Shown here piece after piece: positions 18,001 to 27,206 of a stretch of 64,000 bases of DNA (positions are counted from its first letter, which is position 1; each line of letters opens with the position of its first letter). The notes under the pieces are model-generated. The model saw nothing but the letters and a program-made list of their open reading frames with translations, searched no databases and was not told where the DNA came from. Position numbers and translations under genes: made by a program. The stretch spans positions 32,133-96,132 of the forward strand of contig CAZXAQ010000003.1 of NCBI GenBank assembly GCA_964638635.1, written 5' to 3'. This DNA is from an uncultured Flavobacteriaceae bacterium (GTDB lineage Bacteria > Pseudomonadota > Alphaproteobacteria > Micropepsales > Micropepsaceae).

Positions 18001-21000
18001 AGAAGCTCTCGAACAATTTGGGCCGATGGATCAGTTTCTCGGGAGGACCCGCGACAGGTGGCGGCGCCATGGTCACGACGAGCGCCGGCGGTTTGGTGAC
18101 GTTTGCGGCGACCGAATCGGTGAACAACAGCGGCTATGTGCCATCGCTCACGGTCACCAATGGAGGCGTCTGGCAATACGTTGAAGACATGAACCGAACC
18201 TTCTTAGAGGTACGTCCGCCATCTACGCCGAATGCGCATTGGATGCGGTATGAGTATCAACCCGGCACGTTCGGCGTTGTCGAGAAAATCAAGGACGCGC
18301 TGAACCAGACGACGACGTACAATCTGGGCGGCGGCCGCGCCGCCTCGGTCGCCGACCCTCTCGGCAACACCACGAAGACGCTGCACGACAAGTTCGGCAA
18401 CGTCGTCCGGATTGAAGACCCGCTCGGGCGTGTCGCGAAGACGGAGTACGACAACTTCCGGCGCAAGGTGAAAGTCACGGCGCCCGAGGGGAACTACGCC
18501 ACGTACGCCTACGATGCGAAGTCGAACGTGCTGACAACGGCGGAGTTTGTGAAGCCTGGGTCGCCGACGCTGCCCTCATCGCGCACCGCAACGAAAACCT
18601 ATGACGCAGTGTGCAATGTCCCGCTGACGGAAACGGATTTCGGCGGCCGGACGACCACGATGGCGATCAATCAGACCACGTGCAAGGTCACGTCGGTGAC
18701 ACAGCCGCTCGTTGGCGGCGTGTCACCGGTTACGACCTACACCTACAACACGCTTGGTCAGGTGACCCAGAAGACGGACCCAACCGGCCTTGTCACGCAG
18801 ATGAACTACAACAGCCCACCGGGCTGCGGCACGTCGTGCACTTCGAACGGAAACTTGGAGAGTGTGATCGTGAACCCCGGCGCGGGCAATCTCGCGATCA
18901 CCACCCTGTTCGGCTACGACGCCTGGGGCAACATCACCACGGTCACCGATCCGCGCGGCTTCGTCCATACGGGCGAGTACGACGCGATGCGCCGTCTAAC
19001 GCAGTACACAGCCCCCACCGGCACGAACGCCGTCACGAAATGGACCTACGACGTCGACGGGCTCGTCTCGAAGATCGAGCGCGCGGCCAACGCCGCGAAC
19101 ACGGTCTGGGCGACGACGCAGTACAGCTACTACGCCACCGGCCGCGTCGCCTCGATGACCGACGCCGACGGGCGTGTCACGCGCTACACCTACGACGCGG
19201 CAAACCGGCTCGTCTTCACGATCGATCCAGAGGCGCGCCAGACGAAGAAAATCTACGACGCCGCAAGCCAAGTCATCGAAGAGCGCCGCGGCGTCGGCAC
19301 GCCGGACGAACAGGCCTATGCGACGTTCGCCTACACGCTGAACGGCAAGCAGTCCTGGATCAAGGACGCGAAGCTGAATCAGACGAGCTATACGTATGAC
19401 GGTTATGACCGGCTGACCCTCACCACGTTCCCCGACGCCACGCACGAAGACCTCGTTTACAACGTGACAGACAAGGTCACGTCAAAGCTCACGCGCGGCG
19501 GGCAACAGATCGTCAACACTTATGACGCGCTCGACCGGGAGGTGACGCATCTGGTGCCGCAACCGGGCGCGGCACCCGCAATCCTCACCACCACAACCTA
19601 CGACCTGGCCTCCCGCGTGACGAGCAAGAGCGACAACACCGGGCACAGCCTGACGTACGCCTTCGACACCGCGAAACGCCCGATCTCGGTGACGCAGGCC
19701 GCCCCCACGTTCGCCGGCACCCGCGTGGTCAGCTACCTGCTCGACCTCGCCGGCAACAAAACGCGCACAACCTGGGCCGACGGCTACTACGTGCAATACG
19801 CCTACGACGCCTTGAACCGGATGACGACGGCGACGGAGAACGGCACGTTCCTGCTCTCGACCTACATCTACGACACGCTGTCGCGGCGCACGAGCCTCAT
19901 CTATGGCAACGGCGCGAGCCAAGGGTACACTTACTCGACCCAGGGCGACCTGGTCACACTGGCAAGCACGCTGACCGGCGCAAGCAACACATACACCAAC
20001 ACCTTCTCGCTCGCGCATCAGTTGGCGAGCGAGGCGGCCAGTAACGCGGCCTGGCAATATGTCCCGGCAGCATTCCAAACGACCAACTACGCGGCCGCGA
20101 ACAACCTTAACCAGTACGTCAACATCACGGTGGGCCTGAACCCCACGGTCACGATGGCCTACGACGCGAACGGCAACTTGACCGGCGACGGCGTGTGGAC
20201 GTTCGCCTACGACGCGCAGAACATGCTACGCTCATCGACCAGTGCCGCGAGTACGAGCACCTATCAATACGACCCGCTCGGCCGGCGGCAGATGCTGACC
20301 GAGGGCGGCGTCACGACCACATTCCTGCACGACGGGGATGAGGAGATCGCGGACTACAGCGCTGCCGCCGCGGTGCTCAGGCGCTACGTGCCGGGGCCGG
20401 GCACGGACATGCCGATCGCGATGGTGACGCCGTCGGGCGGCAGCAACCTGCGAAAATACTTTCACACGAACCGCCAAGGCTCGACGATCGCGATGTCGGC
20501 CGACGACGGGACGATGGCCGAGGGGCCGTACACATACGACGCCTACGGCAATGGCGCACCGGCAACGGGCGTGCCGTTCAAGTACACGGGGCGCAGGTTG
20601 GATGCGGGGACGGGGTTGTACTATTACCGGGCGCGATATTACTCGGCGGCGCTTGGGCGGTTTCTGCAGGTTGATCCGGTGGGGTATGAGGATCAGATGA
20701 ATTTGTATGCCTACGTCGGGAATGACCCTCAGAACAAGAATGACCCCGATGGAGAGTTCGCCAACATATTGATTGGTGCGGCTGTTGGCGCAGCACTTGA
20801 GTATGGCAGCCAAGTTGTTGAGAATCTGGCGAAGGGTCAAAGCATCTCGGACGCGGCGCAGAATGTTGATTTGGCAAAGATCGGGATCTCGGCATTGTCT
20901 GGCGCAGTCGGCGCGGGGATAGCGAGCAAGGTAGAAAAACTAGGCAAAATGGCGCAGCTCGGCGCCGAGGCTCTCCAGAGTGCCGCAACAAAAGCCGCCA

Positions 21001-21305
21001 AGGGAGAGGAAATATCGATAGAAAGCGTTGGGGCTGACGTGTTGGGTGGCAAGGCACTAGCCCCTGTCGGCGCGAAGGTAGGGGCCAAACTGGCCGGGAA
21101 AAGTAACGTTGTCACCGATGAGGTGAAGAAGCGCGCGAAGTTTCCTGGCAGTGCCCGTGACAAAGCACGGCTAGAGGTCGGAGAAAAGATGGACGCCGAA
21201 AGAGCGGCTAAATATGGGGCGGGCGGCGGCGCTGTGGGATCAGGTATCGGATCGAGCGCGGCGGGCGTCAGTGTTAGCAGTGACAAAGAAAAACAAAACA
21301 AATGA
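15063..21305 (+). CDS. RHS/YD-repeat polymorphic-toxin-type protein with Sec signal peptide, N-terminal transglutaminase-like core and variable C-terminal domain
   Basis: ATG at 15063 ([25 protein letters not shown]). Transglutaminase-like Cys-His-Asp pattern: [21 protein letters not shown] ... MMHVWV ... YSFDP. Dense YD repeats from ~18.3 kb. RHS core end [47 protein letters not shown]. Confidence 0.95.
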   Translation: MPTLTFSRFFAISALVLAAASPAHALPEMSVGTGFAVTPAQALTYYTNQGLTSPAWTEDPELDRLATALGNDPDKIYEYVRNEIDVVPLFGVQAGARGCYIDKACTPFDQAQFMVELLRSAGVTASYQLGTITLTGTQFDQWFGLTNPTAARKLLADGGTPYTMTDNGTSVTSVTMMHVWVRATIGGTTYSFDPGFKPHTVTTGINLDTAMGFNSATFWSNAISGASTSTTNNTPRVSNLHRTNVRNNLGTYATNLLNYITANLPNGSMDNVIGGRTLTPYAGPALRQTTLPYQASTTQLFTGDLPLVLRKRVTIVGSSTTYNAPLDEFFGKQITFELNRENPPPGGFTQYRFLIGEQVVTNWTNGTVGGAVITINNPYAAGNSAGVFDGAYMDRAVPLTGSNTTGVQLFVAAGRVSGDYGAYQERVHSGRSGIVIYQKACCHEEGQGQWVEPQQIALRRRMGATFMSQFWDMTQLVGGVGSSIVLVHDVVGIATTARAEAGDSESPVASSFMFSMEPAISALSRTGITTQPPIVARTVAMMLSALEGSVAQQAGDSVFPVSAVVQLDWAHAGPAAADRWYYYATSANWNSFARSQILLDYDPNPGPGTSPIRNIADGYIAAGWTVMIPRSSFLGPGLAEQQYCVPYEVQGQMMSCKIAGPDRAGALIAINPTTGAVAHISARNYLYGKGGGGSTDAETNPARIFTIAEGFLDKQFSSRAEAHNVDLKSGMMTYTPPPDITVGNGGYPYSLSFQRSYRYQHNSDEDYWDAQNPANPMEPPDTVARDDIFTTTGWTSNLHHYASITSDGAKVFGQDDPRVAVQTLATARVLLSIMGNGTTNLETLQRQIVGAFAGFWWTETILMNTVTVKQGHSSRSFTKLHDGTFTARGSAETVEVFGSRTIYTGFTVMGGGAPRWGYNFCVRITGAQRDVTIYGNFNGTSCSTPPPSNIVPSGGNTGDMMFSTQTFPYGITVTYDRFNKKLSNNLGRWISFSGGPATGGGAMVTTSAGGLVTFAATESVNNSGYVPSLTVTNGGVWQYVEDMNRTFLEVRPPSTPNAHWMRYEYQPGTFGVVEKIKDALNQTTTYNLGGGRAASVADPLGNTTKTLHDKFGNVVRIEDPLGRVAKTEYDNFRRKVKVTAPEGNYATYAYDAKSNVLTTAEFVKPGSPTLPSSRTATKTYDAVCNVPLTETDFGGRTTTMAINQTTCKVTSVTQPLVGGVSPVTTYTYNTLGQVTQKTDPTGLVTQMNYNSPPGCGTSCTSNGNLESVIVNPGAGNLAITTLFGYDAWGNITTVTDPRGFVHTGEYDAMRRLTQYTAPTGTNAVTKWTYDVDGLVSKIERAANAANTVWATTQYSYYATGRVASMTDADGRVTRYTYDAANRLVFTIDPEARQTKKIYDAASQVIEERRGVGTPDEQAYATFAYTLNGKQSWIKDAKLNQTSYTYDGYDRLTLTTFPDATHEDLVYNVTDKVTSKLTRGGQQIVNTYDALDREVTHLVPQPGAAPAILTTTTYDLASRVTSKSDNTGHSLTYAFDTAKRPISVTQAAPTFAGTRVVSYLLDLAGNKTRTTWADGYYVQYAYDALNRMTTATENGTFLLSTYIYDTLSRRTSLIYGNGASQGYTYSTQGDLVTLASTLTGASNTYTNTFSLAHQLASEAASNAAWQYVPAAFQTTNYAAANNLNQYVNITVGLNPTVTMAYDANGNLTGDGVWTFAYDAQNMLRSSTSAASTSTYQYDPLGRRQMLTEGGVTTTFLHDGDEEIADYSAAAAVLRRYVPGPGTDMPIAMVTPSGGSNLRKYFHTNRQGSTIAMSADDGTMAEGPYTYDAYGNGAPATGVPFKYTGRRLDAGTGLYYYRARYYSAALGRFLQVDPVGYEDQMNLYAYVGNDPQNKNDPDGEFANILIGAAVGAALEYGSQVVENLAKGQSISDAAQNVDLAKIGISALSGAVGAGIASKVEKLGKMAQLGAEALQSAATKAAKGEEISIESVGADVLGGKALAPVGAKVGAKLAGKSNVVTDEVKKRAKFPGSARDKARLEVGEKMDAERAAKYGAGGGAVGSGIGSSAAGVSVSSDKEKQNK
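20760..21302 (+). other. RHS C-terminal variable (putative toxin) domain, 181 aa, glycine-zipper-like and Lys/Ala-rich
   Basis: Begins directly after DPDGEF: [16 protein letters not shown]...[16 protein letters not shown]...[24 protein letters not shown]...[21 protein letters not shown] here is visibly less GC-rich than the RHS core. Confidence 0.6.
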
Positions 21306-21321
21306 CAATCTTGGTGCGACG

Positions 21322-21663
21322 ATGCGGGATAATGTAATCGAGAAAGTCATACTCGCGATTCTATTTCTGGTGGTCGCATGGTCTATGGTTAGGCAGGGCG
21401 CCCCACAGGCGGTCGCTGTGTTCGCAGCCTTCCTTCTTCTGGCATACGGCACTGGAATGATAATTTGGTCACCGAAGCCTACGTCCGAGTGGCGCGGATG
21501 GTTGGCAATCGGAGGCGGCGCAACTATCGCACTGTATTTGCAGTCAACGACGGTTGCGCTCTATGCGGGACTGGCGCTGGTAGGGCAACTGGTTGCTCGA
21601 TTGTTAGGAATTTGGCTCTTTCCACGCGAAGCTAGAGATGACACCGACGAAGATAAAGAATAG
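21322..21663 (+). CDS. Small polytopic membrane protein, candidate cognate immunity protein
   Basis: ATG at 21322, 16 nt after the RHS stop. About 4 hydrophobic helices (VILAILFLVVAWSMV, AVAVFAAFLLLAYGTGMIIW, WLAIGGGATIALYL, ALYAGLALVGQLVARLLGIWLF). Same low-GC composition as the RHS C-terminal domain. Confidence 0.6.
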   Translation: MRDNVIEKVILAILFLVVAWSMVRQGAPQAVAVFAAFLLLAYGTGMIIWSPKPTSEWRGWLAIGGGATIALYLQSTTVALYAGLALVGQLVARLLGIWLFPREARDDTDEDKE

Positions 21664-21748
21664 AAGAAGCACGAATATGTTCTATCTTTGAGCGCGACCG
21701 CGCAAGAATTCCGAGGGACGCGACTGCTACGCGCCCCTCTGCACAGAG

Positions 21749-21878
21749 GCGGAGGAATCGGGGTCAGAGCGGAGGAATCGCGGGGTCAGAGCGGAGGAAT
21801 CGGGGTCAGAGTAGATTTTGCTCACTCAATACCGAGACAAAATGAACCCCCTACCCCTGGAAGGAATCGGGGTCAGAG
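21749..21878. repeat. Tandem direct repeats of GCGGAGGAATCG(CG)GGGTCAGA (3 adjacent copies) plus a 4th copy 50 nt downstream
   Basis: Copies at 21749-21768, 21769-21790 (2-nt insertion), 21791-21810 and 21859-21878 (GGAAGGAATCGGGGTCAGAG). An AT-rich imperfect hairpin ATTTTGCTC..GAGACAAAAT lies between copies 3 and 4. Confidence 0.8.
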
Positions 21879-21905
21879 TCGACTAGCTACGGATGCACCA
21901 GCCCC

Positions 21906-22409
21906 CTACCCCTGCTTCCGCACAAACAACAACCGCACGCGCCCCGTCGGGTCCGTTTCCGTCCACGCGTCGCCGCCGCGCATGCCTTCGGCCCAGCCCA
22001 GCATGTCCTTCTCCGTGCGGTAGAACAGGTGCCAGTCGCAGATGAACTCCATCGGCCACAGATTGCTGAGCTCGGTCTCGTTCATGTTGCCCACGATCAA
22101 GAGCCCGCCGGGCGCCAGCCGCTCGTAGAGCCGCGCCGACAGCGCGCGTGCGCGCCGGTCGATCAAATAGTCGATCAAGCTCACCGAATAGATCATGTCC
22201 TGCGGCCCCGCCTCGTCGAGCCATGACCCGCCGCGCAGCACGTCGCTGAACGACACGTTGATCGGCTTGACCTTCGCCCCGGGCTTGGCCTTCAGGGTCA
22301 GCGGATGCGCGTGATCGAACGCATAAGCCAGCGCCGCCTGCTCCTGGTCGATCAGCGTGAATTCCGCAGGCCCCGCTGGCGCCGCCGGATCCTTCGGCAA
22401 ACGCATCAC
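21906..22409 (-). pseudogene. Truncated paralogue (C-terminal ~165 aa only) of the PilZ-like/SAM-methyltransferase gene at 23783..25231
   Basis: FTLIDQEQAALAYAFDHAHPLTLK...GGLLIVGNMNETELSNLWPMEFICDWHLFYRTEKDMLGW...TETDPTGRVRLLFVRKQG aligns residue-for-residue with the C-terminus of the 544-aa ORF. It lacks the LGCGSA SAM motif and everything N-terminal to it. Confidence 0.7.
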
Positions 22410-22610
22410 ACACGGCCTGGTGGCGCCCTGGCGAACAGCAGAACGAGGGTTTTTGGCGGATTTCTCGGTCAGCCATTGTTGCGCGCGGGACGCAGGTGTC
22501 TGGAATCATGCACGTTAAAGTGGGTCTTGGGTCGGCATTTCTTGACAGTTTCGGTGCGGCGAGTGAACTAAAGGCGGATGCAGGGTGGGGGCCCTGCCGT
22601 AGGGGGAAAT

Positions 22611-23630
22611 ATGCGTAAGATTATGGCTTTGGCGGCGGCTGCCGCTTTCGTGGTGCCTACGGCAGCTCTTGCCGATGGGGAAGAGGCGGCAAGCGCCCGT
22701 CCGTACTTCGGCGGGTTCTATGTTGGACAAACCGCGATGGACATGCCGGTCCACGCGAACTCGGCGATGCAATTCGATTTCGGCGGCGGACTGACGTCGA
22801 CGGAACTTGCCGCCAACGTTGACGGTCTCACCTACGGCCTCGGGATCGGGAAAAATCTCGACAGCGGTTGGCGCGTGATCCTCACCGGCAGCTATTTCGA
22901 CGGCGAAGGCGATGCTCGAGACAGCTATACCATCGCGAATGCGACGCCCTTTAGGTATGGCCCGCTCACTGGCGGCACGCCGCCCGGTTTCGCGGACGTG
23001 TTCTTCGGTCCATATGGATGCCCCGGAACGCCGTGTAACGCGGTCGAAAACCTCACGACGGGTGTGCGTGAACTGACCGGTGCTTTGGCGGTTGGTCGCC
23101 AGTTGTTCGACATGGTGCACAGCGATATCGTGTTGACCTATACGTCGGGTGAGAGCGAGTACAATAATCTGCGGACGGTAACGGGCACGGGCTTCACGGA
23201 TACGCATTTGACGCAAACCGATTTCTCGGAAAGCCAAGTGGATCTTGCGCTACGCCTGTCGCTCGACTTCGGTCTGGCGGACAGCATTTCGGTCGGCGTC
23301 GGCGGTTCGGCCGGCTACGGCTACAGCCACGCTCACATGATTGCGAGACAGCGCAACACGTTCAGCATCGGTCCAAGCGTGTATAACGTCTCGTCGCTTG
23401 CCTTCGAAGACGGCGAGTACGGCTTCGTCGGCCGGGTGGATGCGAACATTGCCTGGGCGATCACCGACCGGATCAACCTTGCCGTCGTGGGTAACTACGA
23501 AAGCGACAGCATGGTTCCGGTCTACAGCGCTGCGGACGCGCCGGACCTGGTCGCTCACACGCGGGCCCAGTTCCACTTCGAAACGCAGTCGAACACAAGC
23601 TACGGCGTGCGCCTGGTCACGGCCTGGTAA
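22611..23630 (+). CDS. Outer-membrane beta-barrel protein (porin / OMP-barrel like)
   Basis: ATG at 22611 after AGGGGGAAAT. Signal peptide MRKIMALAAAAAFVVPTAALA. Alternating beta-strand pattern and C-terminal aromatic residue ...YGVRLVTAW. Confidence 0.7.
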   Translation: MRKIMALAAAAAFVVPTAALADGEEAASARPYFGGFYVGQTAMDMPVHANSAMQFDFGGGLTSTELAANVDGLTYGLGIGKNLDSGWRVILTGSYFDGEGDARDSYTIANATPFRYGPLTGGTPPGFADVFFGPYGCPGTPCNAVENLTTGVRELTGALAVGRQLFDMVHSDIVLTYTSGESEYNNLRTVTGTGFTDTHLTQTDFSESQVDLALRLSLDFGLADSISVGVGGSAGYGYSHAHMIARQRNTFSIGPSVYNVSSLAFEDGEYGFVGRVDANIAWAITDRINLAVVGNYESDSMVPVYSAADAPDLVAHTRAQFHFETQSNTSYGVRLVTAW

Positions 23631-23782
23631 ACGTCTGAGCGTTGGAATTCGATCGGGCGCCCGGCAACGGGCGCCCGTTTTGCTTGTGCGCCGGAAATCG
23701 GCCCGAAAATCGGCCACGCCTGCGCGCCCGCCCGGATCGTCATCGGTAGTGCGGTGGAGGCAGAAAGAGCGCGGCCTAGCGC

Positions 23783-25231
23783 CTACGCCGGCTTGCGCGC
23801 GAACAGCAACCGCACGCGGCCCGTCGGGTCCGTCTCCGTCCACGCATGCGCGCCCGGCATCCCCTCGACCCACCCCAGCATGTCCTTCTCGCTGCGGTAA
23901 TAGAGGTGCCAATCGCAGATGAACTCCATCGGCCACAGATTGCTGAGTTCGGTTTCGTTCATATTGCCGATGATGAGCAGTCCGCCCGGCGCAAGCCGCT
24001 CATAGAGCCGCTGCCCGAGCGTCCGTGCGCGCCGGTCGATCAAATAGTCGATGAGCCCGACGGAATAGATCATGTCCTGCGGCCCGGCGTCGTCGAGCCA
24101 CGCACCGCCGCGCAACACATCGGTGAACGACACGTTGATCGGCCGCACGCTTGCCTGCGGCTTCATTTTCAGCGTCAGCGGATGCGCGCGATCGAACGCG
24201 TAGGCTAGCGCCGCCTGCTCCTGATCGATCAGCGTGAAAGCGACCCGGCCTTGCGGCGCGTTCGGGTCCTTCAGATGCAGCTCCACCTCGCGCGCCGAAC
24301 CGCAGCCGAGGCTCATGATCCGCGCCGGCGTGCCGTTCGCGCGCGAACGCACCACGTCGTCGATCACCTTCTTCACCACATGCATGCGCGTGCCGATGCA
24401 CTCCGCCACGTCGAGCCCGACGCGGTGCATCAGCTGCGAATAGACGTCGCCGCCTTCGCGCTGCCAATCGTAGACATAGTTCATGATCTCGAAGTCGCCG
24501 GGATACCCCGCCGGCTTGAAATAGCTGCGCCACCACACGGGGCCGTGGTTCAACTCCGGTGTCAGGACGAGCTCGGTGTATTCCTTCACCGCTTCGAGCC
24601 GCTTCTTGTCTTCCATCACCGGCGCGACCAGCTGATTGCCCGCGCGCCACAGGCTGCGCCACTGCGGAATGATCCGCTCCGCGCACATCTCGTAGGCTTC
24701 GTCGACGCTCAGGCCCGTCGACTGATGCGGAAACGGTTTCACGCTGGTCTCGACCACCGACCGGTAGGCGCGCAGGAAGCGCAACACATCGGCGCAATGC
24801 GCCCGGTACTCTGCCGGCACCAGCCCGCTCACATGCGGATCAAGCGTCGCCAGCTGCTGCGAAATCCGCGCCTGCGCGTTGCGCCGCAAGAGGGAGTGAA
24901 AATCCACGACGTCGTCGATGAGATTGAGCGCGACTTTCGGCCCGAACACCGACCGCTCCGTGCGCACGACCTTGGCCTTGCCCTCAAGGATCGAAAGCCC
25001 CGCTTGCTTGACCGCGATCGGCACGATCTCGCCGGTTTCGACCGCCACATCGACAGTCTGATTGGCGTTGACGCAAATGCCGGTCAGGCTGATGTCGCCA
25101 AGCCGGAAGGCCGCCCCTTTGACGTAAACCTTCGGCGGCGTACCGGAAAACAGCTCAGCCGCGTCGTAGCGTTTCGGCCGGAAAAAGATCTGTCGGCCGC
25201 TTGCGCCCTTCAGCTCCTCATACGCCAGCAT
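23783..25231 (-). CDS. PilZ-like N-terminal domain fused to class I SAM-dependent methyltransferase
   Basis: N-terminus ...RQIFFRPKRYD...(24 aa)...RLGDISLTGI has DxSxxG present but an imperfect RxxxR half. C-terminal half has IMSLGCGSAREVE (motif I) and GGLLIIGNM. Start could be ATG 25231 or an upstream TTG/GTG. Confidence 0.75.
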   Translation of the reverse strand: MLAYEELKGASGRQIFFRPKRYDAAELFSGTPPKVYVKGAAFRLGDISLTGICVNANQTVDVAVETGEIVPIAVKQAGLSILEGKAKVVRTERSVFGPKVALNLIDDVVDFHSLLRRNAQARISQQLATLDPHVSGLVPAEYRAHCADVLRFLRAYRSVVETSVKPFPHQSTGLSVDEAYEMCAERIIPQWRSLWRAGNQLVAPVMEDKKRLEAVKEYTELVLTPELNHGPVWWRSYFKPAGYPGDFEIMNYVYDWQREGGDVYSQLMHRVGLDVAECIGTRMHVVKKVIDDVVRSRANGTPARIMSLGCGSAREVELHLKDPNAPQGRVAFTLIDQEQAALAYAFDRAHPLTLKMKPQASVRPINVSFTDVLRGGAWLDDAGPQDMIYSVGLIDYLIDRRARTLGQRLYERLAPGGLLIIGNMNETELSNLWPMEFICDWHLYYRSEKDMLGWVEGMPGAHAWTETDPTGRVRLLFARKPA

Positions 25232-25404
25232 ATTCCCCTCGCGCGCGAATTTCACTTGTTCGCTCAATGAAGTAGGCTCCTTCCTATAGCGATGATCCGT
25301 GTGCTGAGAAAGAGACGCGCGCGCATTTCGCAACCAATCGTAAACTGTGGTCTGCCACGGTAAACGCCGTCTTAACCTCGAACCTGCCGCTAGTGTCACG
25401 TTCC

Positions 25405-25815
25405 ATGAGCCAACCAAAGCTGACCGTCGATGCCGTCGTCTTCGACAGGACCGGTCGGTTGCTCCTCATCAAGCGCAAGTCGCCGCCGTTCAAAGGTTGC
25501 TACGCGCTGCCGGGAGGCTTCGTGGAGCACGGCGAAACCGTGGAAGAAGCCGCGCGCCGCGAACTGAAAGAGGAAACCGGCGTGACCGTAGAGTCACAGC
25601 GCTTGGTCGGTGTTTACTCTGACCCCGGTCGCGACCCGCGCGGCCAAGTCGTCTCGATCGCCTTCCTCATGAAAGCGCGCGCGGCCAGGCCCACCGCCGG
25701 CGACGATGCCGCGGCCGCCGAATTTGTGGCCGACTGGCGCTCGAAGCCGCTCGCGTTCGATCACGCCAAGATCGTCGCGGACGCGATCGCGCTTTTGCCA
25801 AAGAAGGCCCGATGA
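25405..25815 (+). CDS. NUDIX hydrolase
   Basis: Nudix box GGFVEHGETVEEAARRELKEETGV. Confidence 0.9.
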   Translation: MSQPKLTVDAVVFDRTGRLLLIKRKSPPFKGCYALPGGFVEHGETVEEAARRELKEETGVTVESQRLVGVYSDPGRDPRGQVVSIAFLMKARAARPTAGDDAAAAEFVADWRSKPLAFDHAKIVADAIALLPKKAR

Positions 25816-25886
25816 CCCGTATCGAGACGCGCCGCCCGCGATCGGCCATCGCGTCCCCCTCCCCTTTCGGCTAAAGGTCGCACGCC

Positions 25887-27152
25887 ATGCAAGAGCCCGC
25901 CGCCGAACCCAAGGCCTCCACACCGAGCCGTGCGGCAGTCTCGTTTATCTTCGTCACGTTGATGCTCGACGTCCTGGCGATGGGCGTCGTGATCCCCGTC
26001 CTGCCGAAGCTCATCGCGGAACTCTCGCACGACGGCCCGGCCGATGCCGTTCGCTTGGGCGGCTGGATCGCGCTCACCTGGGCAATCGCGCAGTTCATCA
26101 TGACGCCGGTCCAAGGCGCGCTGTCGGATCGCTTCGGCCGCCGCCCCGTTCTGCTCGTCTCGATGACGGGCCTCGGCCTCGACTATGTGCTGACCGCGCT
26201 CGCGCCGAGCATCCTCTGGCTCTTCATCGCGCGCGCCATCTCGGGCGCGACAGCGGCAAGCTTCTCGACCGCCAACGCCTACATTGCCGACACGACCCCG
26301 CCGGAAAAGCGCCCGCAAGCCTTCGGCCTCATGGGCGCGGCCTTCGGCATCGGCTTCGTGATCGGCCCGGCCTTGGGCGGCGTGGCCGGCGCATACGATC
26401 CGCGCCTGCCGTTTTGGGTCGCGGCCGGGCTGACGCTCTTAAACGCACTCTACGGCTACTTCGTGCTGCCGGAATCGTTGCCGCCCGAACGGCGCTCGAA
26501 AAGCTTCAGCCTCGCGAACGCGAACTTCATCGCCTCGCTGCGCTTGCTCGGCTCGAACGCGCAGCTTGCGGGACTCGGTACAGCGCATTTCTTCTACGCC
26601 GTCGCGCACAACGTTTATCCCGCCGTGTTCATCTGGTTCACGATGTACCGCTACGGCTGGAGCGAGACGACGAACGGCCTTGCGCTCGCCGCTGTCGGCG
26701 TCGCCAGCATCATCGTACAGGCAGGCCTCATCGGCCCGGTGGTCAAAGCGCTCGGGCCCCGCCGCTCGATGATCGCGGGCCTCTCGTTCGGCATCCTCGG
26801 CTTCTTGATCTACGCCGTCGGCCCGGGCGACATCTCGGTCTGGGTCGCCATCCCGATCGCCGCCCTCTGGGGCTTCTACACGCCCGCCGCGCAAACCATC
26901 ATGACGCAGCGCGTCGACCCAAGCCAGCAAGGCCAACTGCAGGGTGCGTTGGGCGCCATGATGGGCATCGCCGCCATCATCTCGCCGCCGCTCTACACGA
27001 ACGCGTTCGCGCTCGCGATCGACGCAAAGGCGTCATTGGAGCCATTGCCGATACTCGGCGCACCGTTCTTCGTCGCGGCCGCCTTGCTCTTCTGCGCGCT
27101 GATTGCAGCGATGCGCGCCACAAGACCGGACCCGGTGGCGCGCGCCACTTAG
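25887..27152 (+). CDS. MFS transporter (TetA/TCR-like drug:H+ antiporter family)
   Basis: 12 TM-like segments and GALSDRFGRRPVLL motif A. Confidence 0.9.
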   Translation: MQEPAAEPKASTPSRAAVSFIFVTLMLDVLAMGVVIPVLPKLIAELSHDGPADAVRLGGWIALTWAIAQFIMTPVQGALSDRFGRRPVLLVSMTGLGLDYVLTALAPSILWLFIARAISGATAASFSTANAYIADTTPPEKRPQAFGLMGAAFGIGFVIGPALGGVAGAYDPRLPFWVAAGLTLLNALYGYFVLPESLPPERRSKSFSLANANFIASLRLLGSNAQLAGLGTAHFFYAVAHNVYPAVFIWFTMYRYGWSETTNGLALAAVGVASIIVQAGLIGPVVKALGPRRSMIAGLSFGILGFLIYAVGPGDISVWVAIPIAALWGFYTPAAQTIMTQRVDPSQQGQLQGALGAMMGIAAIISPPLYTNAFALAIDAKASLEPLPILGAPFFVAAALLFCALIAAMRATRPDPVARAT

Positions 27153-27206
27153 AGCAGGTTCGTCTGACTTTGAATCGATGGCGAGACAGCCTCAAGCAAA
27201 CTCGCA

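Noticed and set aside
21214-21321. Upstream extension of the immunity-like ORF (track start 21214) overlapping the RHS 3' end
   Set aside because: The extension is read from inside the RHS coding frame region and is hydrophilic junk. ATG at 21322, just after the RHS stop, gives a compact membrane protein.
12800-21700. T6SS- or CDI-associated toxin locus
   Set aside because: No vgrG, hcp, PAAR, tss genes, cdiB/TpsB transporter or FHA-repeat gene occurs in the 64 kb. The RHS protein has a Sec signal peptide instead, so the delivery route is left open.
21749-21878. Possible CRISPR array
   Set aside because: The repeats are only ~20 nt and directly abut with no unique spacers. No cas genes are in the window.
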